64,000 bases of DNA from Eledone cirrhosa. Taxonomy: Eukaryota. The notes under the pieces are model-generated. The model did no database searches, was not told where the DNA came from, and was given only the letters and a program-made list of their open reading frames with translations. The stretch is taken from contig OZ024740.1 of the NCBI GenBank assembly GCA_964016885.1, forward strand, positions 306,714,001 to 306,778,000. Reading direction: 5' to 3'. Made by a program: the position numbers and the translations under genes. Below, piece after piece: positions 40,545 through 54,293 of the stretch (position 1 is its first letter; each line of letters starts with the position of its first letter).

Positions 40545-41700
40545 CCAAATTGCTGCCCATCTTCGTTTCCTGACTTCTAGCTTATCTCCTCTCTCCTGCT
40601 CCAAAGTCAACAAGAGGCCCTTTCTGCTGCCCTCTCTATGCTGCGAACTGCAGTTTTCTTTTCTATTCTTGTAATTCCAATGGCAGTGAGCATTCTCCTT
40701 GTTGGGTGAGCTGGGAATCCTCTGCAGCCCACCTCATGTGGAAATGGCCATGCCTACCAACCTTTTTCCCTACACTTCTGCAAAAGCTTTTGATACTTGA
40801 TACTCTTTCGCTCAAAGGCGTTGCCGCACTTTTCTTCAAATGGGGCTGTGAGTTAAATCAAAAGTTCTACACCTGGCCTCAGACTCAGAGATGTTTGAAT
40901 AACCCGAGGGAACTACCTCCCAGATCAACCCTCATATCTCATGATTGTGCCATTTGTAGTAGGCCACATGTGGTAGATGGCTTCTCTCCCTCTTCCACAA
41001 ACCTGATGGTGTCCGTTTCCTCTGTGTGCGGTGTTCCCTACGTCTGTTTTGGTCCAGAGTACTGGCAAGCGCCATGAACACCTTATCGTGGCAGCATCTA
41101 TATCTCCATAGGGCAAGAGCTGTTTTACACCCTGATAAAATATGCGCCATTGCGCCTATTTTCCCACAGAGCCTACACCATTAATCTACTCTCATGCTCC
41201 ACATGTGTAGATTTGTTGGGGTCGGTAGTGTATCATAAACTGATCGCAAAAGGAAGGAGATACAGAAAAGTTTCAATCTCCATAAATGTGACTAAGTAAT
41301 CTTCCCCTTGAGAAGATTTAGTCCAGGCTCCCTAGGATGCTAGTTCCACAGTCCTTGATTTTCGTACTTCCTCCTCTTGAAGCCACACTTCTTCCTGGAT
41401 TATGGCTCTCCTCTCCTTTCTGTCTACTTTTCCCCATAGTTGGAAATAGGAAGTTCCAAGACTCCCTCTTTCCGATAATGTCCCGTAACTTCAGCATATT
41501 TTCTGCTTGTGTGACAGAAGCGTCAGCTGCCCATTTGCATCATAACTTATAGTGACACCTGCATATCTGACTGGTATGTTCTGTGGTTCTTTAAACATCA
41601 ACGTCATTTTACACTTTGCCACCTTGAATTGATGCGAAGCTGGAGCTGTCTTGATCGTATGTAGAGGCCAGCTTTAGTGAAACTTGGAGGGATTTTAACC
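40545..41700 (-). pseudogene. Decayed Hero/NeSL-type (restriction-like endonuclease) LINE 3' region
   Basis: CGKIGAMAHILSGCKTALALWRYRCCHDKV resembles the CCHC + RHD motif of this clade. Multiple frameshifts. Confidence 0.75.
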
Positions 41701-42276
41701 ACTATTTGTTAATCTCCCCCCCCCCCCCCACTCTCTCCACACTCGACATAACAACCACATACAGGTTAGCAGCCATATGAGTCACGGTAACAGGCCATGC
41801 TGGTAGAGCCATACTCCAAACACCCAATGAATGTTGGACAGCGTCTGATAACAAGAACACCTCCAAGCAAAAGCTATATACACCAAAGGTGAATGAATGT
41901 GAGGCAATTTCTTGAAGCTTATATATACATATACGTTCATCCATAGACACGCGCACACATACATATACACATATATATATACAATCATATATATACACAT
42001 ATCTTCTGTTTTACTCTTTCTCTCCTTTCTATATTTTTCTCCTTTGGGTAAGCACTTGCACACTCTATATTTGTCTAATTTACCTAAAGGCTTAACTTGT
42101 CTTTACCTGTTTTGTTATGTCCCAATGTGCACTGGAATTGACGGTATCGACCTTAATGAACCGCAACCGTAGTGATTTCTAAAAGTTGACTGAGGATATG
42201 GGAATGTCCGTCTTTCCTATTTTGAATCTAACATACATATATATATATATATATATATGTGTGTGTATGTGTAAAG

Positions 42277-42472
42277 CAATTTTAATATAGAAATAGCTTC
42301 TACAGGAGTAGAACTGTTTCATTCGAAGGAAATTACCAGCTTGATGATTTCCTTAGAATGAAACAGTTCTAGTCCTGCAGAAACCATTTCTATATTAAAA
42401 TTGTTGTATACACTCTACTAATGTATTAAGTACCTTACTTACTGTGGTTATCTCCGATTGAACCCGGGACTC
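42277..42472 (+). mobile_element. Fold-back element (inverted repeat 42277-42403) with a degenerate hammerhead at its centre
   Basis: CAG|CTTGATGA|TTTCCTTAGAAT|GAAA|CAGTTCTAG|TC^CTG at 42337-42377, followed by GTATTAAGTACCTT. Homologous to 52268-52398 (-). Confidence 0.65.
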
Positions 42473-42808
42473 ATACACACACACATATATATTTATATAT
42501 ATATATTCATTCGAAACCACATGGTTTCGGATTCAGTTCTCTTGCGTGGCACTTGGGCAAGAGATTTTTACTATAACCTCAAGTTGATCAATACTTTTGG
42601 TGGGTGGAAATTGTACAGTAGCTCGTTGCGTGAGTAATACACACACACACAAAAATTAAGGTCAGTTGGGCTTAAGGGCTAACGAAACGTACGTACCTGG
42701 TATGGATCCATTGTTGTAACTGGCCTTAATAATCATATTCAAATTCATCCTAGGGATTTCAATTGCTCTATACCTTGAATATTTTTACCTACTTATTACT
42801 ATATATAT

Positions 42809-44900
42809 CATCATCATCATCATCATCATCATCAACGTTTAACGTCCGTGTTCCACGCTTGCATGGGTTTGGACGGGGGTAGTCCCACTTGAGGCAAGAG
42901 TGATTGTCTTGCTCGCATAGGACTGTCTGGCAGGTTTTCTACAGTTGGATGCCCTTCCTAACACCAACCACATTTACAGTGTGGGTCTGGGAGGTTTTTA
43001 CCGTGTTGCCTACACGGCCACATTACAGCGTGGACTGTGTGTTTTTTTGTCGTGACACCTACACGATCTCATTTGTTTCGGCCTGGATGGCGCGGCACCA
43101 ACATAACTTTACATAGAACGGGGTGGTGTGGATGGGGTGGGGGTGGTGGCGGGACGGGGTGTAGTTTGTTAGAGATGCCTACTGGCAAGGCGGGTCTTCT
43201 CTGTTACTGAGTACCGCCAAAGGTCACGGTCCAGTGACATTGTCTTGGAGAGGTGTAAGTGTGTGAGGTCGGAGTTTATCAGCTCAGCCCATGTTTTTCT
43301 AGGTCTGCCTATTCCGTGGCTACCGTCTATCTTTATTGCCCTGCACTTTGTAATACAGCTATCGACTTTCATGCGCATCACGTGTCCATACCAACGCAGC
43401 CTTCTCTCGAGTAAACAACATCTGATCCCTCTTATCTCTAATTTTTTCCTTAGTTCGTTTATGCTTTGCCGTTCACGTATATTACTGTTACACATCCAGC
43501 GGAGCATGCAAGCTTCGTTCCTCTCTAGTCTGCGTATATCCTCTGCACATAATGCCCAGGTCTCACTACCATGCAACATTGCTGTTCGTATGCAGGCATC
43601 GTACAACCTGCCTTTCATTTTTAGGGAGAACCCTTTAGCAGCTAATAGTGGTATAAGCTCTCTGAACTTTTTCCAACCAGTTCTGACTCTAGCTACTGTA
43701 CTTTCAGAGCACCCTCCCCCACTACTGATTTTATCGCCCAGGTAACGGAAGCTGTCCACTATTTCTATAGAACCCTCTGCGCAATTGAAAGAGCTAGTAT
43801 TTTGTGGGCACTTGCTGCTACTTATTGCACCAGAGCACCGGCCACATGTAAAATCTATGTTCTTAGTTAGCTTACCTGTGATCCCACTACATCTTTTATG
43901 CACCCATACTTTGCATTTAGGACATAAGATGGAGTTTCTACCTACGCCTTTCCTACATACCGAGCACGACCATTTCCCAGAAGGGACCGCCGCCTTGTTT
44001 TCTTTCCTACAAACTAGAACTTTGGTCTTAGCCAGGTTAATTTTAAGTCCTTTTGACTCTAGGCCGTGCTTCCATGTTTGGAATTTCTTCTCTAGCTCGG
44101 CCATTGATTCCGCTATGAGTGTCAGGTCGTCTGCGTATAGGAGTTCCCATGGGCAGCCTGTCTTGAACTCCTCTGTTATAGCCTGAAGGGCAATAATAAA
44201 TAGTAGGGGGCTGAGAACAGAGCCCTGATGGACGCCAACTTTTACGCTAAACTCTTCACTATATTCGTTGTTAATTCTAACCTTGCTGACTGTTTCTTTA
44301 TACATGGCTTGTATAGCCCTCACAAGCCATTCGTCAACGCCTAGTTTTCTAAGAGACCACCAGATAATGGAACGGGGGACTCTGTCGAAGGCTTTCTCCA
44401 AGTCGACAAAAGCTAAGTATAGGGGTTTACTTTTAGCTAGGTACTTCTCCTGTAGTTGTCGTACTATGAAAAGAGCGTCTGTGGTGCTTTTGCCTGACAC
44501 AAACCCGAACTGCATTTCATCTAGATCAATTCTCTCTCTGATTAGTTGCGCTATTACTTTTTCCGTGACCTTCATGACCTGGTCGATTAATTTAATGCCT
44601 CTATAGTTACTCCTATCTAGGGCGTCTCCTTTACCCTTATAACAGTTAACGATGATGCTGCTATGCCAGTCCTTCGGAACAACCCCATTCTGTACGACTT
44701 GGTTAACTATGCGGGTGACCATGGTGTGTCCCACCGTGCCAGATGCCTTCAGCATCTCAGCAACTATTTCCGAAGGCCCAGCCGCCTTACCAGTCTTCAT
44801 ATCCTTGATTGCCTTACTTATTATACTCCCCTCGACTAACACTGCTGGTCCCTCTATCGGGTCGATATGGGGGAGACTGTCTTTCTCCCATTTATTCTCC
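42809..44900 (-). mobile_element. 5'-truncated RTE-clade LINE with an (ATG)n 3' tail, inserted in a TA tract
   Basis: (CAT)n at 42809-42832, 3' UTR up to 43168, RT ORF, truncation against (TA)n at ~44900. Confidence 0.92.
43169..44899 (-). CDS. RTE LINE reverse transcriptase, N-terminally truncated but uninterrupted, with an inserted PHD-like finger
   Basis: GKAAGPSEI, NYRGIKLI, QFGF, FVDLEKAFDRVPR, GVHQGSVLSPLLF, LLYADDL, FRYLG, RRLRWYGHV, GRPRKTW. The frame continues upstream of the listed start (ENKWEKDSLPHIDPIEGP). No endonuclease domain. Confidence 0.93.
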   Translation of the reverse strand, partial: ENKWEKDSLPHIDPIEGPAVLVEGSIISKAIKDMKTGKAAGPSEIVAEMLKASGTVGHTMVTRIVNQVVQNGVVPKDWHSSIIVNCYKGKGDALDRSNYRGIKLIDQVMKVTEKVIAQLIRERIDLDEMQFGFVSGKSTTDALFIVRQLQEKYLAKSKPLYLAFVDLEKAFDRVPRSIIWWSLRKLGVDEWLVRAIQAMYKETVSKVRINNEYSEEFSVKVGVHQGSVLSPLLFIIALQAITEEFKTGCPWELLYADDLTLIAESMAELEKKFQTWKHGLESKGLKINLAKTKVLVCRKENKAAVPSGKWSCSVCRKGVGRNSILCPKCKVWVHKRCSGITGKLTKNIDFTCGRCSGAISSSKCPQNTSSFNCAEGSIEIVDSFRYLGDKISSGGGCSESTVARVRTGWKKFRELIPLLAAKGFSLKMKGRLYDACIRTAMLHGSETWALCAEDIRRLERNEACMLRWMCNSNIRERQSINELRKKLEIRGIRCCLLERRLRWYGHVMRMKVDSCITKCRAIKIDGSHGIGRPRKTWAELINSDLTHLHLSKTMSLDRDLWRYSVTEKTRLASRHL

Positions 44901-45126
44901 TATATATATATATATACATACATACATACATAATGCATATAATTGCTGTTCCAGTGGCCAGTTCGCAAAGAGCGAGACAAAAATAGTAATAGAAAAAAAA
45001 AGATGATAAATGTTATGTAAATTTAAGAATTTTTTAATGTCTAAGATGTGTCTAACTCAATGTAATTGCATTTGCATATAAATATATATAAATGCATATA
45101 AATATGTATGCGAATATATATATTCT

Positions 45127-45160
<34 letters not shown>

Positions 45161-45380
45161 CATCTGTGCAAATGCATATCTATGCACATTGCACACCTAC
45201 GCATATATGGAAATGCATAGCTATGAATTTATGTGCGTGTATGTGTGTATGTTTATAAGTATATATATATATATATATAGGCAGCATATATATTTGTATA
45301 TAAGTCGCAACTTTTCGAAAAATGTCTCGTGAAATATAAGCATGCTACTTATCTATCTGTCCGACACACACATACACACA

Positions 45381-45445
<65 letters not shown>

Positions 45446-45547
45446 AAACTGGAGCACTGCGTGGCTGCACATGGGTTACATATAAATAAAATTAGTCCTT
45501 CATCAGTGATCTTCCAACCTTCATTGGTATTTCATCGCTTTAAAGCG

Positions 45548-45580
45548 ATATATATGCATATATATATATATATATATATG

Positions 45581-45616
<36 letters not shown>

Positions 45617-46066
45617 TACATATATACATATGCATATATATATATATGCATACATATATATATATATGCATATATATACATATGCATATATATATATATA
45701 TATGCATATATATATATATGCATACATATATATATATATGCATATATATACATATGCATATATATATATATGCATACATATATATATATATGCATATATA
45801 TATATATATACATATATATATGCATATATATATGCATATATATATATACGTGCAAATATATATATATATGCATTTATATATATATACGTGCAAATATATA
45901 TATATATATGCATATATATATATATATATACACACACACATGCATATATATATAAATGCATATGCTTATATATATATATATGCATACATATATACATATG
46001 CATATATATATATATATATATATGCATACATATATATATATATGTATATATATATGTATATATATA

Positions 46067-46114
<48 letters not shown>

Positions 46115-46246
46115 TATATATATATATATATATGCATATATGCATATATATATATATATATAAACATGCATATATATATATATATATATATAAACATGCA
46201 TATATATATATATATGCATATATATATATATATATATGCATATATA

Positions 46247-46310
<64 letters not shown>

Positions 46311-46368
46311 TATATATATATAAGCATATATATATATATATATATGCATATATATATATGCATATATA

Positions 46369-46444
<76 letters not shown>

Positions 46445-46650
46445 TATATGCATATATATATGCATATATATATATGCATATATATATATATATATACACA
46501 CACATATGCATATATATATAAATGCATATGCTTATATATATATATATATATATGCATATATATATATGCATACATATATACATATGCATATATATATATA
46601 TATGCATACATATATATATATGCATATATATATATGTATATATATATATA

Positions 46651-46708
<58 letters not shown>

Positions 46709-46732
46709 TATATATATATATATATATATATA

Positions 46733-46816
<84 letters not shown>

Positions 46817-46882
46817 TATATATATATGTATATATATATATATAAACATGCATATATATATATATATGCATATATATATATA

Positions 46883-46922
<40 letters not shown>

Positions 46923-47078
46923 TATATATATATATATGCATACATATATATATATGCATATATATATATATGCATATATATATATATATGCATATATATA
47001 TATATATGCATATGTATATATATATGCATGTTTATATATATATATATATGCATGTTTATATATATATATATAGATATG

Positions 47079-47112
<34 letters not shown>

Positions 47113-47115
47113 TAT
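45548..47115. repeat. ~1.57-kb (TA)n tract punctuated by TGCA
   Basis: Read directly. An internal landmark ATAAATGCATATGCTTA repeats at ~45952 and ~46518. Confidence 0.95.
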
Positions 47116-47387
47116 AAGTTAAAACAATGAAATAAAAAATCAAGTCATTAGACATATACTTCACTGCTTTACGATCGTTTCTAAATGCTGATAATACATT
47201 GTAGCTATACTTCGTTATTGATCTATGTAAGGTTAGTTACAAAATATCAGATAAAGAGAATATTAACTTACATGCATATCACCAGCTGTTTTCGAAATGC
47301 ATATATATATACATATATATGCATATATATGTATTTGTATATATATACACACACACACATATATATATATTAATATGCATATATATA

Positions 47388-47751
47388 TAGGAACGAGTAG
47401 GACCCCGACGGCTGAGCTCAAGCCGTTTCGACGGTAATTCTGGACTAAAAAAAATGTTTAAAAATTCATTTTTTCTTTCTTTTTTTAGTCCAGAATTAGC
47501 CGTCGAAACGGCTTGAGCTCAGCCGTCGGGGTCCTACTAGTTCCTATTACCCACTCTACTACCCTAAGTATTGAGTACTTTGGTGCGTTATGGTCCACCT
47601 GGTTCCTTACCACATTTCCTTCGTTATATATATATATATATAGCGAAGGAAAAGTGGTAAGGAACCAGGTGGACCATAACGCACCAAAGTACTCAATACT
47701 TAGGGTAGTAGAGTGGGTAATAGGAGTAAGTAAGACCCCGACGGCTGAGCT

Positions 47752-47753
<2 letters not shown>
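47388..47753. mobile_element. Double fold-back array of the 8597-type element
   Basis: IR1 is ~47388-47452 vs ~47481-47546. IR2 is ~47515-47626 vs ~47642-47752, around a (TA)n centre. Confidence 0.8.
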
Positions 47754-47811
<58 letters not shown>

Positions 47812-48833
47812 GCCATCTGTCTGATACTTCAGCGGTCATCAACCTCTTCTAAGGTAGCAGAGGCAACAGCACGCTAGCTCTACTACCGCTATTACTATCA
47901 AGTTCACATTTCCTCTACTACAAGTATTTCTACTACTACTGCTACTACTACTACCACTAACACCACCACAACTACTGCTACTAGTACTACTACGATCACC
48001 ACCACCACTATCACCACTACTACTACTGCCACTACTACTACTGCCACCACCACTACTACTACTATCATTATTCCATCTTCCGCCGCCACTACCATCATAA
48101 CATATCATCACAGTTCTTTCTCCGACATCGTGATTGGCGCCATTCTCTTACAAAACGATAACATTCCTTCTGCTACACTCCATTGACAACTGTCGCCCGA
48201 CATCAGCAGCAGCACCAACATCATCAGCAACATCCTTATAGGGACTACCAGCAACAGCAGCAACAGTAAGACCGAGAGTTGCAGCAGCCTTTCATTTCAG
48301 AACCATTCGCCTTCATTTGATGGGTTCTGGAATTTCCTACATTGCTGATTTTTCTGGAATCCTGGAATTTCCTACAACAAAGAAAAATGAAAGGGAAAAA
48401 ATAAGAACGACTAATGCAGTAAAGAAAGAAGAAGAAAACGATATAAAAAAGGAAAAGAAAAGGGTATAAAGAAAACACGAAGCTCCTGGACAATGATTTT
48501 ATGAAAGGGAAATCAAATCTATTTTTAGAAAGAAATCTACACGACCCAGGCAACAGATGAAGATGATTACAACAATAATCACTCTGAGAGTAGCAACCAT
48601 CAAAGAAAACATTAATTCTCAACAGATGTAGTATTTTGTTAACTGTAGTGTGGCTACAAGAAATGAACCCATAGCCTTGGAATTATTTTACTCGCAGTTC
48701 TCCCCAAACTTGCTGAGCTCGAAACTCAGCAGCTGAAGAAAAAGCAAAGAAAAAAGAAAAAGGAATAAGCCATTCACTTTGGTATCTTAGTGTGACTAAG
48801 AAACCTTGTTCTAAAAACAATGGATCTATAGTT

Positions 48834-48883
<50 letters not shown>

Positions 48884-51383
48884 CATATATTGGATAACCT
48901 GGATAATCATCATTCTGAAGGACTAAAATAGTTGTTTGTATTAGATATATGTTGTTGTTAAAAGGAAAGTGTGCCATGCACGAGTTAGTGTGTACAGTAT
49001 CAACCAGTGCAAATTCTTACGCAAAACCTAAACTAGATGAAGCAGAAATATCTACATAAATCTATATATGCGTGTGTGAAGGATTTTCCTTGTAGAATAT
49101 TCGTTTGAATACTAACATTCGTTTGAATACTAACAAGATTAGAATCTTTTTTTCATTGTCTTCCGTCTTTGTTCTCTCTTCCATCTCTCAATTCCATTTC
49201 ACTATCTCAGATCATCATCAATGGCGGGAGCAACTTCTTTTATTAGTCGGCAGCGTGTTGCCCCACAACCCTGCACACATGCCTTATCCTTGCATTGGCA
49301 GGTACAGTGTGTCATGGAGTTCGGTACCTGATAACCTTAGTCATCATCATCATCGTTTCACTTTCTCAGTAAGATTTTTACTCTCAGTCGACACCGTACA
49401 AAGTTCCTCTGGCCCTAGATATCACCAGGTCCAAACCACCGACTTCCCCTACCCTGCTCTTACACATCAAAATAGACATCTATCCCGGACCTACACATTA
49501 AAATATTCTTCGCCACCTTTAGCTTCTTTTATCTTTTCATAGCCAAGTTACTCCAATACAAGACCTAGAGAGACTCCCAGCCTCCTTTCACGTCTAAAAC
49601 CAGGTCAGCCTTTCTCTTTTCTTTAAACTATTTCAAAGAGCAGGCAGGCTCTCTGGGGCTTTCCTTACATTCGCTCCTACTTATACATAATACCCTACAT
49701 ACAGCTATTGACAGTCCAATTCAGAGGCCCCCAAGCTGCCCAAACTAATAACTAAAATAGGTATCAGCCAAACTGGTGCTAAACACACTGAGAGGTGCAA
49801 ATTCAACCAACAGGGCACGAAGAGGTTAAAAAACAAACACAGTTTCACACAATTTAATTTAACAGCATTCAAAAACAAATTACTTCGCCGCCATTCGTCT
49901 TTTTGTTTTGCTTTGAACCCAAATGACCGTTGAACTTGCCGTTATCTTGCCAATCTAATTTATACGACTCATCTTGTCCGTGTCTACGAGGGTTAAATTA
50001 ATTAACAGGCTATATCTATAATATATAGTCAGACAGAATAAACAATCACACATGCACACACACACACACACATTATATAAGGGCTTAGATCGATATCCAG
50101 TGAGAAGGGGACCAAATAAAGTATATATTAAAAATATTGAGAGAAAATCAGTGATAGCCCGTACGTAATTTGAAAGAGATTAACACACTACTACACACAG
50201 ATCTTCCTATTTATATAACATTGTAAAAAGGATATCCCAGTGTTTAATATCCTTCATTCGTGATACCCGTTATCTCTCACTTTTCTCTCTCTCCGCTCCT
50301 CGTTTCTAAGATGTGTTTAGTGTCTCCATCTATAAAAGTTAAGGGTTAGGGTTAAGGTTCGGATCCTTAGACGTTACAATTAGCAGACACTATTAACATT
50401 AAAATAAGAACAATAATGTCGTACAAGACTATAAACGTTAGTAAAATAATAGACACACAACATTTATATATAGTAAAGATAATATATTCTGAAAAACAAC
50501 ACTAAAGCTGGGTAGAATACAACTGCAGTATAAAACGATAACAACAGTAGAAGTAACATAAACACGATAAGAACAATAAAGAAATAATTCACACATACAC
50601 CTATAGATATAGATAGATAGATAGAAAACATGATCTGGATAACGACAACACTAATATAATTCTTGTAACAAATTACAAGTAAGATTATTATATAATTATC
50701 AACAACACTAGTAATAATATAAAATACAACAAACAATTCTACGGGGTTGAATACAGTCTAAATTGAACTGTAATAACAACAACAATAATAAAAAGGTAAC
50801 GACACAGTATAATATAAATACTGTATTGGGGAACAAAACAGTAACGTAACAAGTATATTTACATTGGATCGCAACTTACCATTACAAGAACAAACGTAAT
50901 ATAATATTGGGTTTCGACATAATTATTTGTTATGGTGTGGATTACAACAATATAAACTATATATTACCACCATACTAACAACAGCAATACAACATATATA
51001 ATATATATATATATATAACGGCAACAACACTGGATTACACTATAAACTACATATTACCATCATAACAACAATAATACAATATATATATATATAATGTATA
51101 TAACAGCAACAACACTGGACAATAACAATAACATCTACATTTTTTCGAAACAAAACAAAACCGACTAGAATAACAATATACACACAAATGAAAACCTCGT
51201 TGGATTACAATAACAACAATCACAACAATAACTTCACTGGATTACAATAATAACTTCATTGGATTACAATTACAACAATAAAAGCAATTATTGAATTACA
51301 ATAACAATTACAACGATAAAAACACTGGATTACACAACGTTAACCTGTGGATTACAATAGCAGCAATACCAATAATTCAACTG

Positions 51384-51615
51384 TGACTACTACTACTACT
51401 ACTACTACAATCGTCTCCATCACCATCGTTAACATGTAACTGTTAGCTATACTACTACTACTACTACTACAATCGCCTCCATCACCATCGTTAACATGTA
51501 ACAGTTAGATATACTACTACTACTACTACTACTACTACTGCTACTACTACTACTATTATCGTCTCCATCACCATCGTTAACTTGTAACTTAGCTATACAA
51601 CTACTACTACTACCA
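51384..51615. repeat. Three (ACT)n-containing tandem units with core ATCGTCTCCATCACCATCGTTAAC
   Basis: Core at ~51410, ~51472 and ~51557. Confidence 0.8.
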
Positions 51616-51977
51616 TTACAAGTAGTGTGTATATATATGTCCAACTAATAGTAGTAGTAGTACCAGTAAGACTACTACTTTTCTCTACAAGTCAACACAC
51701 ACACACACATATATATCCATATATATATCTTCTAATAATTCATCAATAACCACTCTCACCATCGCAAATACAACGACCTTCACTGCTACTGTTAATATTA
51801 TTACTACGTCAATACTGCAACTACTACTATTACAACTACTACTTCTACGTCAATAACCCGTCACCTCCGTCAATTGTACAACTGATATTTTCTACGTCAC
51901 TAATAACCATCGCCACCGACAACACCATAATTAAATGCTTCCACTAATACTACTACGTCAATAACCACAACCGTAAA

Positions 51978-52025
<48 letters not shown>

Positions 52026-52267
52026 CGCCTGCTTCGACACCATTAAGTAGTTAGCTCTACTACAACTACTACCTTCATCCTTTTCTTACAGTTGCTTAAT
52101 AAAGCTGGCACTCCCCATAGAAGCGACTAAAGAAATATCTTGTTGAATGAACAAGATCTTTTGCTCTATACTACTATAACGTATATATATATATATATAC
52201 ATACATACATACACACATATATATATACACATACACACACACACACAATATATATATATATATATAC

Positions 52268-52398
52268 AGATAAGTTATTCCGGGTTGAATCGGAGGTAAC
52301 CACAGTAAGTAAGGTACTCAATACATAGCAGAGTATAAATGTTTTAATATAGAAAAGCTTCTACAGGACTAGAACTGTTTCGTTCGTGAGAAATCATC
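52268..52398 (-). mobile_element. Pseudo-LTR-like fragment of the 42277 family, truncated within the hammerhead core
   Basis: Minus strand GATGATTTCTCACGAACGAAACAGTTCTAGTCCTGTAG ... GTATTGAGTACCTT ... (TA)n. Confidence 0.65.
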
Positions 52399-53121
52399 TA
52401 CACATATACGTGTGTATTGTTTACTACATGAATGTTATATATTATGCATACATACGCGTACAGATATCTATGCCTTCTCTCTCATTCTTTGCCCCCACAC
52501 CGGACACCCCTATCTCTCACCTAGTTCAACTTGACCAATTCCTCATTTCTCGAAAGTTCTGCGGTTTTACTGAAAATACGTAGGTTTACACATACACACG
52601 TTGTCAACATCGTAACGTACATATGATTACTATTACAACAGCAGCAGCAGCTACTACATCGTTATATAATGCTATATATATATACACAGGCATAGCTACA
52701 TTTACACACCAGTAATTTCAGATATAAATCAACATAGGTGTCTATACGTAATATATACTATCCATAAACGTTACAACGTAAAACAAACTGTGGACCCAAA
52801 AATATTTACACACCTACTCCCCCCCCTCTCTCTCTCATTTCTACTTACATATTGTAAATAACCAAATACAGATACACACACACACAACATTGTAAATAAC
52901 CACATATAAACAGCTATATATATATATATATATATAGTTTACACACATACGCAAACATATTTTGTAAATAACAATACGTACGCACAAACATCTATCCACA
53001 CACATGTATATATATAAATATGTATATATAAATACATACATAAATGAATATATACAAATATATTATATATAAATAAATATCTCTAATATACATAGATAAT
53101 ATATATAGATAAAACTACATA

Positions 53122-53449
53122 TATATAAATTCATATAAATATCGGATATATATATATATATAAATTCATATAAATATCGGATATATATATATATATAAAT
53201 TCATATAAATATCGGATATATATATATATATAAATTCATATAAATATCGGATATATATATATAAATTCATATAAATATCGGATATATATATATATAAATT
53301 CCTATAAATATCGGATATATATACATATATAAATTCATATAAATATCGGATATATATATATATAAATTCCTATAAATATCGGATATATATATATATATAT
53401 AAATTCATATAAATATCGGATATATATATATATAAATTCATATTAATAT

Positions 53450-53490
<41 letters not shown>
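53122..53490. repeat. ~33-bp minisatellite ATAAATTCATATAAATATCGG(AT)n, ~10 copies
   Basis: Read directly. Confidence 0.92.
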
Positions 53491-53493
<3 letters not shown>

Positions 53494-53899
53494 TTTTAGT
53501 CTTCAAATTTATTATTATTACTATATATATATATATATATATATACATCTATATATTTTTAGATTTTGTTTGTCTCGAAAGTTTCTGTTGCCTTCGTTTC
53601 TGTTTTTGGTTCACTAATTTGGCATTAGTGTGAGTGTATATAAATGTATACAAATGTATATACATTATATTGAGAAAGGAAAACGCACATAGATACATAT
53701 TTATACGTATGTATATATATATATGTACGTGTTGCTGGTCACGGTTGTTTTCTGAAATCTAATTGTGTAAGAGACAGAAGTCGGTGTATGTCTGTTGCAT
53801 ATCCACGAGGGGAGGAGATATCTGTCTGGCAAGCAAGGAAAGGAGAAGGAGAAGGAATATATTTAGAGAGCAAAAAAAAAAAAAAAAGCAACAACACGT

Positions 53900-53942
<43 letters not shown>

Positions 53943-54262
53943 TATAAGGGGAGAGTGAGAGAGATACAGATAGAGTAGGAAGATAATGTGTGATAGTGAA
54001 ATATACAATGCGAAACGAAACATAGGAGAAACACACACACACATATATATGTAAACGTACACTCACATAGAGAAGCACAGAGGCAAGTACACATGAGAGA
54101 GAAAAACAAATAAAGAGTGAGAGAAAGGGCAGAGAAAGACTTAGTGATACCCTGGTTACAAGTGTCCCACGTTGCTCAGTTTAGTGTCACCACATACATA
54201 CCCTCGTCCTATACACTCACGTACGCTGACAGACAAGCTTATACACACACACACATATATTT

Positions 54263-54293
<31 letters not shown>

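Noticed and set aside
45329-47164. Many YI/MH/AY-rich ORFs (also at 21283-21851 and 13553-13958)
   Set aside because: Translations of (TA)n microsatellites.
48705-48745. GAAAC...CTGAAGA hammerhead-like words with a small hairpin
   Set aside because: I could not build three consistent stems in any hammerhead topology.
50337-50359. Telomere-like GTTAAGGGTTAGGGTTAAGGTT
   Set aside because: Only about three degenerate units, too short to interpret.
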